Shown piece after piece: positions 9,923 through 19,075 of a stretch of DNA of 64,000 nt. Position 1 is the first letter of the stretch, and every line of letters begins with the position of its first letter. The notes under the pieces are model-generated. The model ran no database searches and had not been told where the DNA came from. It saw only the letters and a program-made list of their open reading frames with translations. The translations under genes were made by a program, and so were the position numbers. Source of the DNA: Bacillota bacterium (GTDB lineage: Bacteria > Bacillota > Sulfobacillia > JACIYH01); contig JBFLXJ010000011.1 of assembly GCA_040757085.1 (NCBI GenBank), positions 36,086 to 100,085 of the forward strand. Reading direction: 5' to 3'.

Positions 9923-10824
9923 GCTGGGAAGGTGGAACCTTGGCGGTGGTGGTTAAGAGAAAGGATATGCGTCGTGCCACGCCCGACTCGTTTTCGTTCC
10001 GGAAGTACGCCGTGCGCAGGTTCGTTCAGAACCGGGGCGCTGTGCTGGGCTTGTTGCTGTTTGTCTCCCTGATAGTCTCCGCCGTCCTGGCCCCCTGGAT
10101 TGCCCCCTATGACCCATACGAAGTGAGTTCTAACCGTCTCGCTCGTCCCTCGCGGGAGCATCCCCTGGGAACAGATGCGCTGGGAAGGGATGTCCTGAGC
10201 CGGATCCTGTACGGAGGCCGGATTTCCCTGCAGGTGGGAGTGATAGCGGTAGGCATTGCGGCAGTAACTGGGACTGTGCTGGGCCTCATCGCCGGCTACT
10301 TTGAAGGTTGGCTGGACCATGTCATCATGCGCTTGATGGAAGTCATGTTAGCCTTTCCAGGTATACTCCTGGCAATGGCAATTATCGCCGTGCTTGGCTC
10401 CGGCCTGTTCAACGTTATGATCGCGGTGGGCATTGCCTCCGTTCCCTCCTACACCAGACTGGTGCGGGGAGTGACTCTGTCGGTTAAGCAGAACGAATAT
10501 GTGCAGGCTGCTCGCGCGTTGGGTAGCGGGACCGGGCGCATCATGTTGCGCCACCTGGTGCCAAACATTGCTGCCCCCATCGTGGTTCTGTCCACCCTGG
10601 GGGTGGCGAGTGCCATCCTCACCTGTGCGGGGCTGAGTTTCATCGGGTTGGGCGCACCTCCTCCCACTGCGGAGTGGGGTGCCATGCTGGCTGCGGATCG
10701 GGTTTACCTGCGTCGTGCCTGGTGGGTGGTGGCTTTCCCGGGCCTGGCCATTACCATTTCAGTGCTAGCCATCAACCTGTTGGGTGACGGTCTGCGGGAC
10801 GCGCTGGATCCTCGGCTCAAGTGA
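9919..10824 (+). CDS. ABC transporter permease (DppC/OppC-like)
   Basis: GTGA start/stop overlap with upstream permease; DppC-type motif (YVQAARALGSGTGRIMLRHLVPN). Confidence 0.85.
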   Translation: MSWEGGTLAVVVKRKDMRRATPDSFSFRKYAVRRFVQNRGAVLGLLLFVSLIVSAVLAPWIAPYDPYEVSSNRLARPSREHPLGTDALGRDVLSRILYGGRISLQVGVIAVGIAAVTGTVLGLIAGYFEGWLDHVIMRLMEVMLAFPGILLAMAIIAVLGSGLFNVMIAVGIASVPSYTRLVRGVTLSVKQNEYVQAARALGSGTGRIMLRHLVPNIAAPIVVLSTLGVASAILTCAGLSFIGLGAPPPTAEWGAMLAADRVYLRRAWWVVAFPGLAITISVLAINLLGDGLRDALDPRLK

Positions 10825-11078
10825 GACGCCTCGAGGGACTGGGACGAGGGTCCTCCCGCGTAATCTGTTCCGGGTGAGAGGGTGGTTGACCGGGAAAGCA
10901 AGAGGGAAGTGGCCACCGATCCGGGCAACGCCGCCCGCACCGGGTCCAAGAGGCGCTTCCGGGTGATTCTGCGCGTCATCCCCGACGGGGGTCACGCCCT
11001 GACGAGGGCCAGGGGCTTCATCATCGACCGGTTTCTGGGCGAAATACTGGCGGAGCTCGAGGGCGAGGGCGACGGGCG

Positions 11079-12632
11079 TTGCGGGCGGTGATATACGCGC
11101 GCGTCTCCACCGACGAGCAGGCGACCCGGGGCTACTCCTTGGAAGACCAGGTGGAACGGTGCACTGCCCACGCCCGGGAACTGGGGGCAATCCAGATCGA
11201 AATCTTCCGTGATGTGGAATCCGGGAGTGTCCTCACCCGGCCGGGACTGTTGGCCGCACGGGAACGGGTGGCGAGGGGCGGGGTGGAGCTTTTCGTGTGC
11301 TACGACCCGGACCGGCTGGCGCGCAATCTATCCCACCAGCTCCTGCTCACGGAGGAGATCGAGTCACGGGGGACACGGCTGGAATTCGTCAACTTCGCAT
11401 GGAAGAACACCCCCGAGGGGAAGCTCTTTTACTCGCTGCGCGGCGCTATTGCCGAATACGAGAAAGAGAAAATCAGGGAACGGAGCGTGCGCGGCAAGTT
11501 GCGGAAGCTACGGGAGGGTCGGCTTACTCACGACCCGCGCACCTACGGTTACCGGTTTGATCGGGAGCGGGATACGCTGCTGGTGGTCCCCGAGGAGGCG
11601 ACCGTGGTGCGCCGTATCTTTTCCTGGTACGCCGATGAAAACCTGGGTTGCGGCGCCATTGTATCGCGGCTCACTTCCCTCGGCATCCTCCCTCCCCGGG
11701 GGAGAAGCTGGCACCGGTCAACCGTGTCCCGTATCCTGCGTAACCCGGCGTACATCGGTTCCGCCTGCTTTCACCGGTACAACGCCGAGGGCGTGCACGC
11801 CACCAGGAGACTTCCCCCCGGCCAGAGGGTGCTCAGGAAGGAACGACCTCCGGAGGAGTGGGTTGAGGTCCCCGTTCCCGCCATAGTGGACCGGGAACTG
11901 TTCGAGCGCGCGCAGGAGAAACACCGGATGGCGAGACGCCTCTGGGCGGGGAAGTCGAGAACCCAGTATCTCCTGCGGGGCCTGGTGTGGTGCGGGGTAT
12001 GCGGGGGCAGGATCAACGGCAACCTCATCACGTCTAAAGCTAAGAAGCGGAGGTATTATGTGTGCCGGGCCGGAACAGGCCGTACACAAGGAGGCAGGGC
12101 AGGGCCTGCTTGTACGCTGGGGTACGTCCCCGCCGACGACCTGGAACGGGCGGTCTGGTATGTGGTGCTCACCGCACTGTCCGACCCGGACGCCTACCGC
12201 CGTGATCTGCAGGAAAGGACCAGGGAGGCGTGCCTGTATTTGAACACGACCGTTGAGGGCATCCAGGAGCAGATCTCCCGGTGGGCAGAACGTCGTCGCC
12301 GCCTGCTCGAGTTGTACGAGAAGGGAGTGATCCACCTGGGGGAGGTCGAGGAGAGGCTTGCGCAGTTGGGACGTTTGGTGGCCGAGCTGACCCGGCGACG
12401 AGATGACCTCCTCAGGAATGGGCCCCCGGTGGTGGTTCCCACAGATCCGGCCAGGCTGGAGCACGTCGCGGCTAAACTGGTGGAGCGGTTGGGTCGCCTG
12501 GGTTTCGAGGAGCGTCAGACCCTGGTGCGCACGCTGGTTGCCGGGCTCACCGTTCTCCCTGACGCGGTGATCCTGCACGTGCGCTGGCCCGCCGGTGCGG
12601 CAGTCTCGGGGAAAGTTGCCTCGTGCGTATAG
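11079..12632 (+). CDS. large serine recombinase (resolvase catalytic domain + recombinase domain + zinc ribbon/coiled coil)
   Basis: N-terminal AVIYARVSTDEQ catalytic serine motif, CYDPDRLARN, GRLTHDPRTYGYRF recombinase-domain motif, Cys cluster WCGVCGG...YYVCRAG; ~517 aa. Confidence 0.85.
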   Translation: MRAVIYARVSTDEQATRGYSLEDQVERCTAHARELGAIQIEIFRDVESGSVLTRPGLLAARERVARGGVELFVCYDPDRLARNLSHQLLLTEEIESRGTRLEFVNFAWKNTPEGKLFYSLRGAIAEYEKEKIRERSVRGKLRKLREGRLTHDPRTYGYRFDRERDTLLVVPEEATVVRRIFSWYADENLGCGAIVSRLTSLGILPPRGRSWHRSTVSRILRNPAYIGSACFHRYNAEGVHATRRLPPGQRVLRKERPPEEWVEVPVPAIVDRELFERAQEKHRMARRLWAGKSRTQYLLRGLVWCGVCGGRINGNLITSKAKKRRYYVCRAGTGRTQGGRAGPACTLGYVPADDLERAVWYVVLTALSDPDAYRRDLQERTREACLYLNTTVEGIQEQISRWAERRRRLLELYEKGVIHLGEVEERLAQLGRLVAELTRRRDDLLRNGPPVVVPTDPARLEHVAAKLVERLGRLGFEERQTLVRTLVAGLTVLPDAVILHVRWPAGAAVSGKVASCV

Positions 12633-12792
12633 TTCCGGCACCTAAAAGGTGGGGGGCGGGGTTCTCCCTTTGTTGCGACCACGTGCGTGGTGGCGCCCAA
12701 GATCCCGTGCCCGCCCGGGTACCCGCCGCAGTTCCTGTTCCCGACTGTCGGAGTCGGCTAACCAGGACTATTACCCCCACCTGGCGTCATAG

Positions 12793-12813
12793 GGGGAGGG
12801 TGCATCCCTCCCC
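12793..12813. repeat. perfect 8-bp GC inverted repeat GGGGAGGG-TGCAT-CCCTCCCC in intergenic region 3' of recombinase
   Basis: seen directly; followed on + strand by AATCTTTGTCT; could be a terminator or a protein-binding site. Confidence 0.3.
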
Positions 12814-12887
12814 AATCTTTGTCTGGGGGATCGAAGTGAGATGACCAGGCAGAAAGACGGGCAACAACAAGGCCCCAGGCTGGGCCG

Positions 12888-13271
12888 TCAGCGTACGAGA
12901 ACGTGTTCTGCCCCCAGCTGGCGGAGGGCGGTGGTTACCCCCGCCAGCCGTTCTCTTTCCAGGTCCGTGATCACGACCAACATGTGATTCAGCCACTGCC
13001 GTTCCACAGCGGGGAGATCGCCCCCGGGGCGGGCCGACTCCAGGGCATCCCCCGCCTGCGTGGCAGCACGCAGGGCCGGGTTCTCCTTTCCTGCCCGTCC
13101 GGCCACGATGCTCTGTTCCGGCTCGGCCAGAGCGGCCTGGGCATCCAGCCAGCTCTGGGGACCCACCATTTGCACCTTTTCGGAGGGGAGGCCCGCCTGC
13201 ACCAGTTCCTGGCGGGCGAAGCGCGCCTTGTCTTCAGATGGGAAAGCTGCCACCACGGTGGCCATGCGCAA
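12888..13271 (-). CDS. small hypothetical protein, YflT/general-stress-protein-17M-like N-terminus
   Basis: 127 aa; N-terminal pattern TVVAAFPSEDKARFARQELVQAGLPSEKV resembles DUF1269/YflT family; weak. Confidence 0.4.
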   Translation of the reverse strand: MRMATVVAAFPSEDKARFARQELVQAGLPSEKVQMVGPQSWLDAQAALAEPEQSIVAGRAGKENPALRAATQAGDALESARPGGDLPAVERQWLNHMLVVITDLERERLAGVTTALRQLGAEHVLVR

Positions 13272-13553
13272 GCCTCCTTTCCGACCCCCGTGTATTTTCT
13301 CCCGGGGATGTGCAGGGGAATGAGCCCCCGGCCGTGGCGCAGGGCATCAATCTCCACGCAGGGGGATGGGGCCGTGACCGAAGTCGGTGAGGAGCATGTG
13401 GATACCGGTGCGCTCAAGGGGCGGCTTCCATGGACGGGCCAGTGTCCACAAGCGTGTGTCAGGAGCAGGACTTTCCGGCCAGGCGTCGAATACACACACC
13501 ATCGGGCAGCTGGGCTGCCCAGTGTCTGTGCAGTCATGGGCGGGAGTCGAGCG

Positions 13554-14243
13554 ATGTCGTTCCAGAAGGTCAGCCGGTATCGCTTGTACCAGGACGTGGT
13601 AGGACAGCTGGTCGAGCACATAAGGAGCGGCCGGATCCGGCCCGGTGAGCGTTTCCCTTCCGAACGGGAACTGGAGCGGCAGATGGGGGTGAGCCGGGGC
13701 ATCCTGCGGGAAGCGTTCCGGGTGCTGGAGGTTCGGGGCATTATCGAATCCCGGCCCGGGGGCGGTAGGTTTCTCAGGCAGCTTGATGGCCAGAGCCTGT
13801 TCGATCTGGAGGCGGGCTTCGTCAGGCTGGAAAAGGCAGTTTTGCTGGACATTTGCGAGGCTAGACAGATCATCGAGGTTAGGGCGGCCCAGCTGGCGGC
13901 GGAACGGGGCAAGGATGAGGAAATCAGCCACATCGGGAGGGTAATCAACGACTTCTTCAGTACGCAGTTCGATTTGGGAGAGCAGATGGACCGCGACCTG
14001 GACTTTCACGTGGCCGTGGCGCGTTCTACCGGGAATCTGGTGATATGGGAGCTGGTGCGGGTGCTGGTCGGGATCCTGCGGGAACACCGGCAGCAGATGC
14101 ACCTGCCACGCGAAGAATGGGCCACGATGTGCCGCCAGCACTGCCACATCTACGAGGCAATCAGAGGCCGCGACGGCCCGGAAGCAGCCCGGCGCATGGC
14201 GGAACACCTGGATCGGTTGCGGAAAGCGTTACAGGAATCATAG
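13554..14243 (+). CDS. GntR-family transcriptional regulator (FadR/FCD subfamily)
   Basis: winged HTH signature (PSERELERQMGVSRGILREAFRVLEVRGII) plus C-terminal FCD-like helical domain; ATG with GGGAG RBS; six-frame ORF upstream part overlaps antisense and is rejected. Confidence 0.85.
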   Translation: MSFQKVSRYRLYQDVVGQLVEHIRSGRIRPGERFPSERELERQMGVSRGILREAFRVLEVRGIIESRPGGGRFLRQLDGQSLFDLEAGFVRLEKAVLLDICEARQIIEVRAAQLAAERGKDEEISHIGRVINDFFSTQFDLGEQMDRDLDFHVAVARSTGNLVIWELVRVLVGILREHRQQMHLPREEWATMCRQHCHIYEAIRGRDGPEAARRMAEHLDRLRKALQES

Positions 14244-14259
14244 CCGGGAGGCGGTAGCG

Positions 14260-14643
14260 GTGCGGATCAGGGAGCATCCCATCCTGACTTTCCCTGCGCG
14301 CAGGAAGGTGACGTTTTTCTTCGAGGGCCGTCCCCTGGAAGGGTATGAGGGGGAACCGATTGCTGCGGCGCTACACGCGGCCGGAATCCGGGTATTGCGC
14401 GAGAGCCCGGTGCTGGGCCGGCCGCGGGGGTTCTTCTGTGCGGTGGGCAACTGTTCCTCGTGCCTGATGGTGGTGGATGGGGTGCCCAACGTGCGGGTGT
14501 GTGTGGAGAAATTACGGGAAGGAATGCGGGTGGAGCGTCAGGCGGGGAAGGGTAACCTGCTCGCTGCCGTGGGTGGGGGCCGGGCTTCCGGGCTGGACTC
14601 TGGCGCGGCGCTGCACGGGTGTGGGGGTGAGGAGGGTGCTTAA
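14260..14643 (+). CDS. (2Fe-2S)-binding small subunit (HcnA / opine oxidase / sarcosine-oxidase-alpha N-terminal-like)
   Basis: Cys cluster CAVGNCSSCLMVVDGVPNVRVC typical of HcnA-type 2Fe-2S subunits; GTG start after GGGAGG. Confidence 0.7.
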   Translation: MRIREHPILTFPARRKVTFFFEGRPLEGYEGEPIAAALHAAGIRVLRESPVLGRPRGFFCAVGNCSSCLMVVDGVPNVRVCVEKLREGMRVERQAGKGNLLAAVGGGRASGLDSGAALHGCGGEEGA

Positions 14644-14650
14644 CCCCCAG

Positions 14651-15736
14651 GTGATGGTGGTGGGTGCGGGGCCGGCGGGGATGTCGGCGGCCTTGGCGGC
14701 GGCGGAATGGGGAGCCCGGGTTCTTCTGGTGGATTTGTTCTCGGAGCCGGGTGGGCAGCTGGTGAAGCAGACCCACAAGTTCTTTGGGTCCCGGGGGCAG
14801 TATGCGGGCACGCGGGGGATCGAGATTGCCCGCCTGCTGGGGGAGAAGGTGCGGTCTCATCCCGGCATAGATCTGTTGCTGGACACCCAGGTGCTGGGGT
14901 ACTACCCCGACGGGGTGCTCACCATGGAGCGATCGTTCAACGGGGAATCGGAGTACCTGAAGGCGCGTCCGCGCCGGCTGGTGGTGTGCACGGGTGCGCA
15001 GGAGAGGCCGCTTGCTTTTCCCGGCAATGACCTGCCCGGGGTGTACGGGGCGGGGGCGGTGCAGACGCTGATGAACGTGCATGGGGTGAAGCCGGGGCGG
15101 CGGGCGGTGATGGTGGGTGCGGGCAACATTGGTCTCATCATCTCGTATCAGCTTCGCCAGGCGGGCGTGGAGGTAGCCGCGGTGGTGGAAGCTGCTCCCA
15201 CGATCGGGGGGTATGCCGTGCATGCCTCCAAGATCCGCCGGCTGGGGATACCCATCCTGACGTCGCATTCGGTGAAGGAGGCCCGTGGTGAGCGGGAGCT
15301 GGAGGGTGTGACGGTGTGGAGGCTGGACGAGAGGTGGCAGGGTATCCCGGGTACCGAGTGTGACTTCGAGGCGGACGTGCTGTGCCTGGCGGTGGGTTTG
15401 TCGCCCCTGACGGAGCTTCTGTGGCAGGCGGGGTGCCGCATGGTGTACGTGCCCGAGCTGGGTGGTCATGTTCCCTGGCGTGATGAGCACCAGCAGACGT
15501 CGGTGCCGGGGATATTTGTGGCTGGTGATGCCTCCGGGGTGGAGGAGGCGTCGTCGGCCATGGTGTCGGGGCGGATTGCGGGGCTGGCGGCGGCGGCTTC
15601 GCTGGGGTTGTGCCCGTGCTACCGGGAACTGGCCCGGGAGGCACATGCCCAGCTTGAGGTGCTGCGGGCGGGTCCTCCGGGGGAGAAGATTCGCCGGGGT
15701 CTTGCGCGTCTGGGGGAGGTGGCGCGGGCATGCTGA
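14651..15736 (+). CDS. FAD/NAD(P)-binding oxidoreductase subunit (HcnB/OoxA-like alpha subunit)
   Basis: two dinucleotide-binding folds: VVGAGPAGMSAALAAAEWGARVLLVD and AVMVGAGNIGLIISYQLRQAGVEV; start set at GTG 14651 downstream of the upstream gene's stop. Confidence 0.75.
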   Translation: MMVVGAGPAGMSAALAAAEWGARVLLVDLFSEPGGQLVKQTHKFFGSRGQYAGTRGIEIARLLGEKVRSHPGIDLLLDTQVLGYYPDGVLTMERSFNGESEYLKARPRRLVVCTGAQERPLAFPGNDLPGVYGAGAVQTLMNVHGVKPGRRAVMVGAGNIGLIISYQLRQAGVEVAAVVEAAPTIGGYAVHASKIRRLGIPILTSHSVKEARGERELEGVTVWRLDERWQGIPGTECDFEADVLCLAVGLSPLTELLWQAGCRMVYVPELGGHVPWRDEHQQTSVPGIFVAGDASGVEEASSAMVSGRIAGLAAAASLGLCPCYRELAREAHAQLEVLRAGPPGEKIRRGLARLGEVARAC

Positions 15737-16233
15737 GGCAGACGGGGGTGCCCGCGGTGGAAGACCTGGCGCGGGTGATGCCTCCTGAGGAGGTGAGGCG
15801 CCGGGGGCCGGTGGCGATATTCGAGTGTTTTGAGCGGATCCCGTGTGATCCGTGTTACTGGGCGTGCAAGCGGGGTGCGGTGAGGCCGTTTAAGGACATC
15901 AATGATCTTCCCGGTGTTGATTGGGAGAGGTGCAATGGGTGCGGTCTGTGTGTGGCTGCCTGTCCGGGGCTGGCCGTATTCGTGGTGCACGAGGGGTACA
16001 CGGATAGCACGTCGCTGATCAAGTTGCCCTATGAGTTCCTCCCCCTGCCCGAGGTGGGGCAGGTGGTGGAAGCCCTGGACCGCGAGGGGAATTGCGTTGG
16101 TGAGGCGCGGGTGGTGAAGGTGCAGAGGTCGCGGGAGAAGGTGGGCACCCCGGTGCTGTGGATCGAGGTGGAGAGGGACCTGGCCCATGTAGTAAGGAAC
16201 ATTGCCGTGGCCGGGGGTGGGCAAGGTGAGTGA
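15730..16233 (+). CDS. ferredoxin-like Fe-S subunit (Cys-rich)
   Basis: CDPCYWAC...CNGCGLCVAACPGLAV 4Fe-4S-type motif; 7-nt overlap with upstream gene. Confidence 0.55.
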   Translation: MLRQTGVPAVEDLARVMPPEEVRRRGPVAIFECFERIPCDPCYWACKRGAVRPFKDINDLPGVDWERCNGCGLCVAACPGLAVFVVHEGYTDSTSLIKLPYEFLPLPEVGQVVEALDREGNCVGEARVVKVQRSREKVGTPVLWIEVERDLAHVVRNIAVAGGGQGE

Positions 16234-16594
16234 CCGGGATCAGGACGTGGTGATCTGCCGCTGTGAGGATGTCACGTTGGCCGAGATCAGGCGTCTGGTT
16301 GCCGAGGGTGCCTGTACTCTGGATGAGATAAAGAGGCTGACGCGGGCGGGGATGGGTTTGTGTCAGGGGCGTACGTGCCGGCACCTGATCCTGCAGGAGG
16401 TGTCGCGGCTGACCGGGGTGCCGGTGGAGGAGCTGGTGCTGCCCACCTTCCGTCCTCCCACCCGTCCTGTGAAGCTGGGTGTTATCGCGCGCGCGGCGGC
16501 TGCCCATGAGGCCGGCGCCGGGGTGGCTGCCCAGCACGCTGTCGGCGAGGTGCCTGCCTGCCAGGCTCCGGCAGGGGATGGTGGCCATGGTTAA
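16226..16594 (+). CDS. BFD-like (2Fe-2S)-binding domain protein
   Basis: CRCEDVTLAEI...GMGLCQGRTC pattern of BFD-like [2Fe-2S] domain; start uncertain (TTG 16202 / GTG 16226). Confidence 0.55.
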   Translation: MSDRDQDVVICRCEDVTLAEIRRLVAEGACTLDEIKRLTRAGMGLCQGRTCRHLILQEVSRLTGVPVEELVLPTFRPPTRPVKLGVIARAAAAHEAGAGVAAQHAVGEVPACQAPAGDGGHG

Positions 16595-17732
16595 GACGGC
16601 GGATGCGGTGGTGGTGGGTGGGGGGATCCAGGGGGTATCGGTGGCCTACCAGTTAGCGCTGCGGGGCCTGAAGCCGCTTCTGGTGGAGAAGGGGTACCTG
16701 GCCTCCGGGTCCACGGGCCGGTGTGCGGCGGGTGTGCGGCAGCAGTGGGGTACGGAGATGAACATCCGGCTGGCCCGGGCCAGCATCAAGATGTTCGAGC
16801 GGCTTGAGGAGGAGCTGGGTTACGCGCGGGGGATAGAGTTCAAGCAGCGAGGGTATTTGATTCTGGCGTACCAGGAGAGGCAGTGGGAGCAGTTTTTGCG
16901 GAACGTGGCCCTGCAGCGTTCGCTGGGTGTTCCCGTGGAGGTGCTTACGCCCGAGGGGGCGCGGGAGATAGTACCCTACCTGAACCCTGAGGGGGTGGTG
17001 GGTGCCACTTTCTGTCCGGAGGATGGGCATATCAATCCCTTCCGGGCGGTGGAGGCGTATGCGCAGGGGGCCTGCCGGCTGGGGGCAGAGATTTGGACTT
17101 TCACGCGGGTGACGGGGGTCAGGGTGGAAGGTGGGCGGGTGGTGGGGGTGTGCACCACCCGGGGAGAGGTTTCCACTCCGGTGGTGGTGAACACCGCCGG
17201 TCCCTGGTCGGACGAGGTGGCGGAGATGGCGGGTCTTGACATCCCCACCTATGCTCAGCGGCATCAGATTCTGGTCACTGAGCCGGTGGGGCCAATGCAG
17301 GGTCCGATGGTGATTTCCTTCTTCCACGGGCTGTACTGCCAGCAGACGCCGCACGGGAGCTTCATCATGGGGCTGGGGGATCCCCACGAGCCCCGCAACC
17401 TGGACTGCGGGGCCACCTGGCGTTTTCTGGAGGAGATGGCTGGTATCGTTGTGCGCATCCTGCCGCCTCTGGCCCATCTGCGGGTAGTGCGGCAGTGGGC
17501 GGGTTCTTACGACATGACGCCCGATGCCCAGCCCATTGTGGGGCCGGCTCCCGAACTGGAGGGCTACTACTATTCGGTGGGGTTCTCCGGGCACGGCTTT
17601 ATGCTGGCTCCCATGACGGGGAAGCTGCTGGCGCAGATCATCGTGGGCGAAGAGCCGGACATCCCTGTCGACCGGCTGGGTCCGGATCGCTTCGCACGCG
17701 GTGAGTTGATCCTTGAACCCGCGGTGGTGTGA
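16587..17732 (+). CDS. FAD-dependent oxidoreductase, sarcosine-oxidase-beta/HcnC/OoxB-like (beta subunit copy 1)
   Basis: DAVVVGGGIQGVSVAYQLALRG FAD fold, C-terminal GFSGHGFMLAP motif of DAO family. Confidence 0.8.
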   Translation: MVKTADAVVVGGGIQGVSVAYQLALRGLKPLLVEKGYLASGSTGRCAAGVRQQWGTEMNIRLARASIKMFERLEEELGYARGIEFKQRGYLILAYQERQWEQFLRNVALQRSLGVPVEVLTPEGAREIVPYLNPEGVVGATFCPEDGHINPFRAVEAYAQGACRLGAEIWTFTRVTGVRVEGGRVVGVCTTRGEVSTPVVVNTAGPWSDEVAEMAGLDIPTYAQRHQILVTEPVGPMQGPMVISFFHGLYCQQTPHGSFIMGLGDPHEPRNLDCGATWRFLEEMAGIVVRILPPLAHLRVVRQWAGSYDMTPDAQPIVGPAPELEGYYYSVGFSGHGFMLAPMTGKLLAQIIVGEEPDIPVDRLGPDRFARGELILEPAVV

Positions 17733-17808
17733 AGGAGCCCCCGCCGCAGGACGGGCGTGACCCCTGAGGCGGGAGGGAGCCGGGCAGGGCGGAGCGCGGG
17801 GTGGGAGC

Positions 17809-18963
17809 GTGGCAGACCTGATCGAGCGCACAGCCGACGCGGTCATAGTGGGGGGCGGGGTGCACGGGTGTGCGGTTGCCTACCACCTCTGCCGCCGTGG
17901 GCTCAAGGTTTCTCTGTTCGAACGGGGATACCTGGCCAGCGGCGCCACCGGGCGTTCTGCGGCGGGGGTCCGCCACCAGTTCGGCACCGAGATAAACTGC
18001 CGCCTGGCCATCTGGAACATTCGTCTCCTGGAGCACCTGGGGGAGGAACTCGACTACCCGTACGACCTGGAATTCACCCAGGGAGGGTACCTCCTGCTGG
18101 CGTACACACCCGGCCAACTGGAGCAGTTTGCCCGGAATGTGACCCTGCAGCGCAGCCTGGGCATTCCGTCAACCATCCTGTCTCCCGAGGAAGTGGCCCG
18201 GGTCGCACCTGGTCTCAACCTGGACGGGGTTCTGGGAGCCAGTTTCTGCGCGCGGGACGGTCACGTCAACCCCTTCCACCTCACCTGGTCGTACGCCCGG
18301 GCGGCCCGGCGCCTTGGTGCCCGCATTCACTGTTTTTGCCCGGTACATGCCGTGCTCGCCGGTGACTCGCGGGTGCGCGGCGTGCTTACCGGTGCCGGAC
18401 GGGTGGAGGCCCCGGTGGTGGTGATATGTGCGGGGGCGGAAGGAGCGGAACTGGCCCGCGCTCTGGGGCTAGATGTCCCTGTGTATGGTGAGCGGCACCA
18501 GATCCTGGTCACTGAGCCCGTGGCCCACTTCCTCGATCCCATGGTGCTCTGTTTCGAGGACGGCAGTTACTTCAAGCAGACCCCTCACGGCAGCCTGCTC
18601 ATGGGTATCGGAAGCCCCTTCGAGCCCAAAGGGTACGGGCAGGGGTCCAGCTGGCACTTTATGGAGGAGATGGCGTCGCGCATCGTGCGCCACGTTCCTG
18701 CCCTGGCCGGCGTGCGGGTGGTGCGGCAATGGGCCGGCCTCTATGATATCACTCCGGATTCCCAAGCCATCGTGGGGCCTGCCCCCCTGGAAGGGTTGTG
18801 GCTGGACCTGGGCTGGAGCGGCCACGGTCTGCAATTTGCCCCCAGTATCGGCCTCATCCTGAGCCAGCTCATCGTGGGAGAGCCTCCCTTGGTGGATGTC
18901 AGCCCGTTCCGCCTGGGGCGTTTTGCCACCGGCGAACTGGTACCGGAACCGGCCTGTGTGTGA
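17809..18963 (+). CDS. FAD-dependent oxidoreductase, sarcosine-oxidase-beta/HcnC/OoxB-like (beta subunit copy 2, tandem paralog)
   Basis: DAVIVGGGVHGCAVAYHLCRRG; collinear similarity to the upstream 16587-17732 gene (e.g. RHQILVTEPV, VVRQWAG, GWSGHG). Confidence 0.8.
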   Translation: MADLIERTADAVIVGGGVHGCAVAYHLCRRGLKVSLFERGYLASGATGRSAAGVRHQFGTEINCRLAIWNIRLLEHLGEELDYPYDLEFTQGGYLLLAYTPGQLEQFARNVTLQRSLGIPSTILSPEEVARVAPGLNLDGVLGASFCARDGHVNPFHLTWSYARAARRLGARIHCFCPVHAVLAGDSRVRGVLTGAGRVEAPVVVICAGAEGAELARALGLDVPVYGERHQILVTEPVAHFLDPMVLCFEDGSYFKQTPHGSLLMGIGSPFEPKGYGQGSSWHFMEEMASRIVRHVPALAGVRVVRQWAGLYDITPDSQAIVGPAPLEGLWLDLGWSGHGLQFAPSIGLILSQLIVGEPPLVDVSPFRLGRFATGELVPEPACV

Positions 18964-19075
18964 TGCAAGAGGAAGGAGGCGAGAGCGACCCATATTCCGG
19001 TGACTCGTAGCGGCCCCAGAGGCCAGGTCAAAGGCGGTTAGAGTCAAGCTCACCATCAGCCAGGAGGAGAGAACG

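Noticed and set aside
10882-11091. 69-aa ORF just upstream of the recombinase
   Set aside because: No convincing RBS, no recognisable family, and it overlaps the recombinase start. It could be a recombination directionality factor or a gene fragment, but there is no support from sequence alone.
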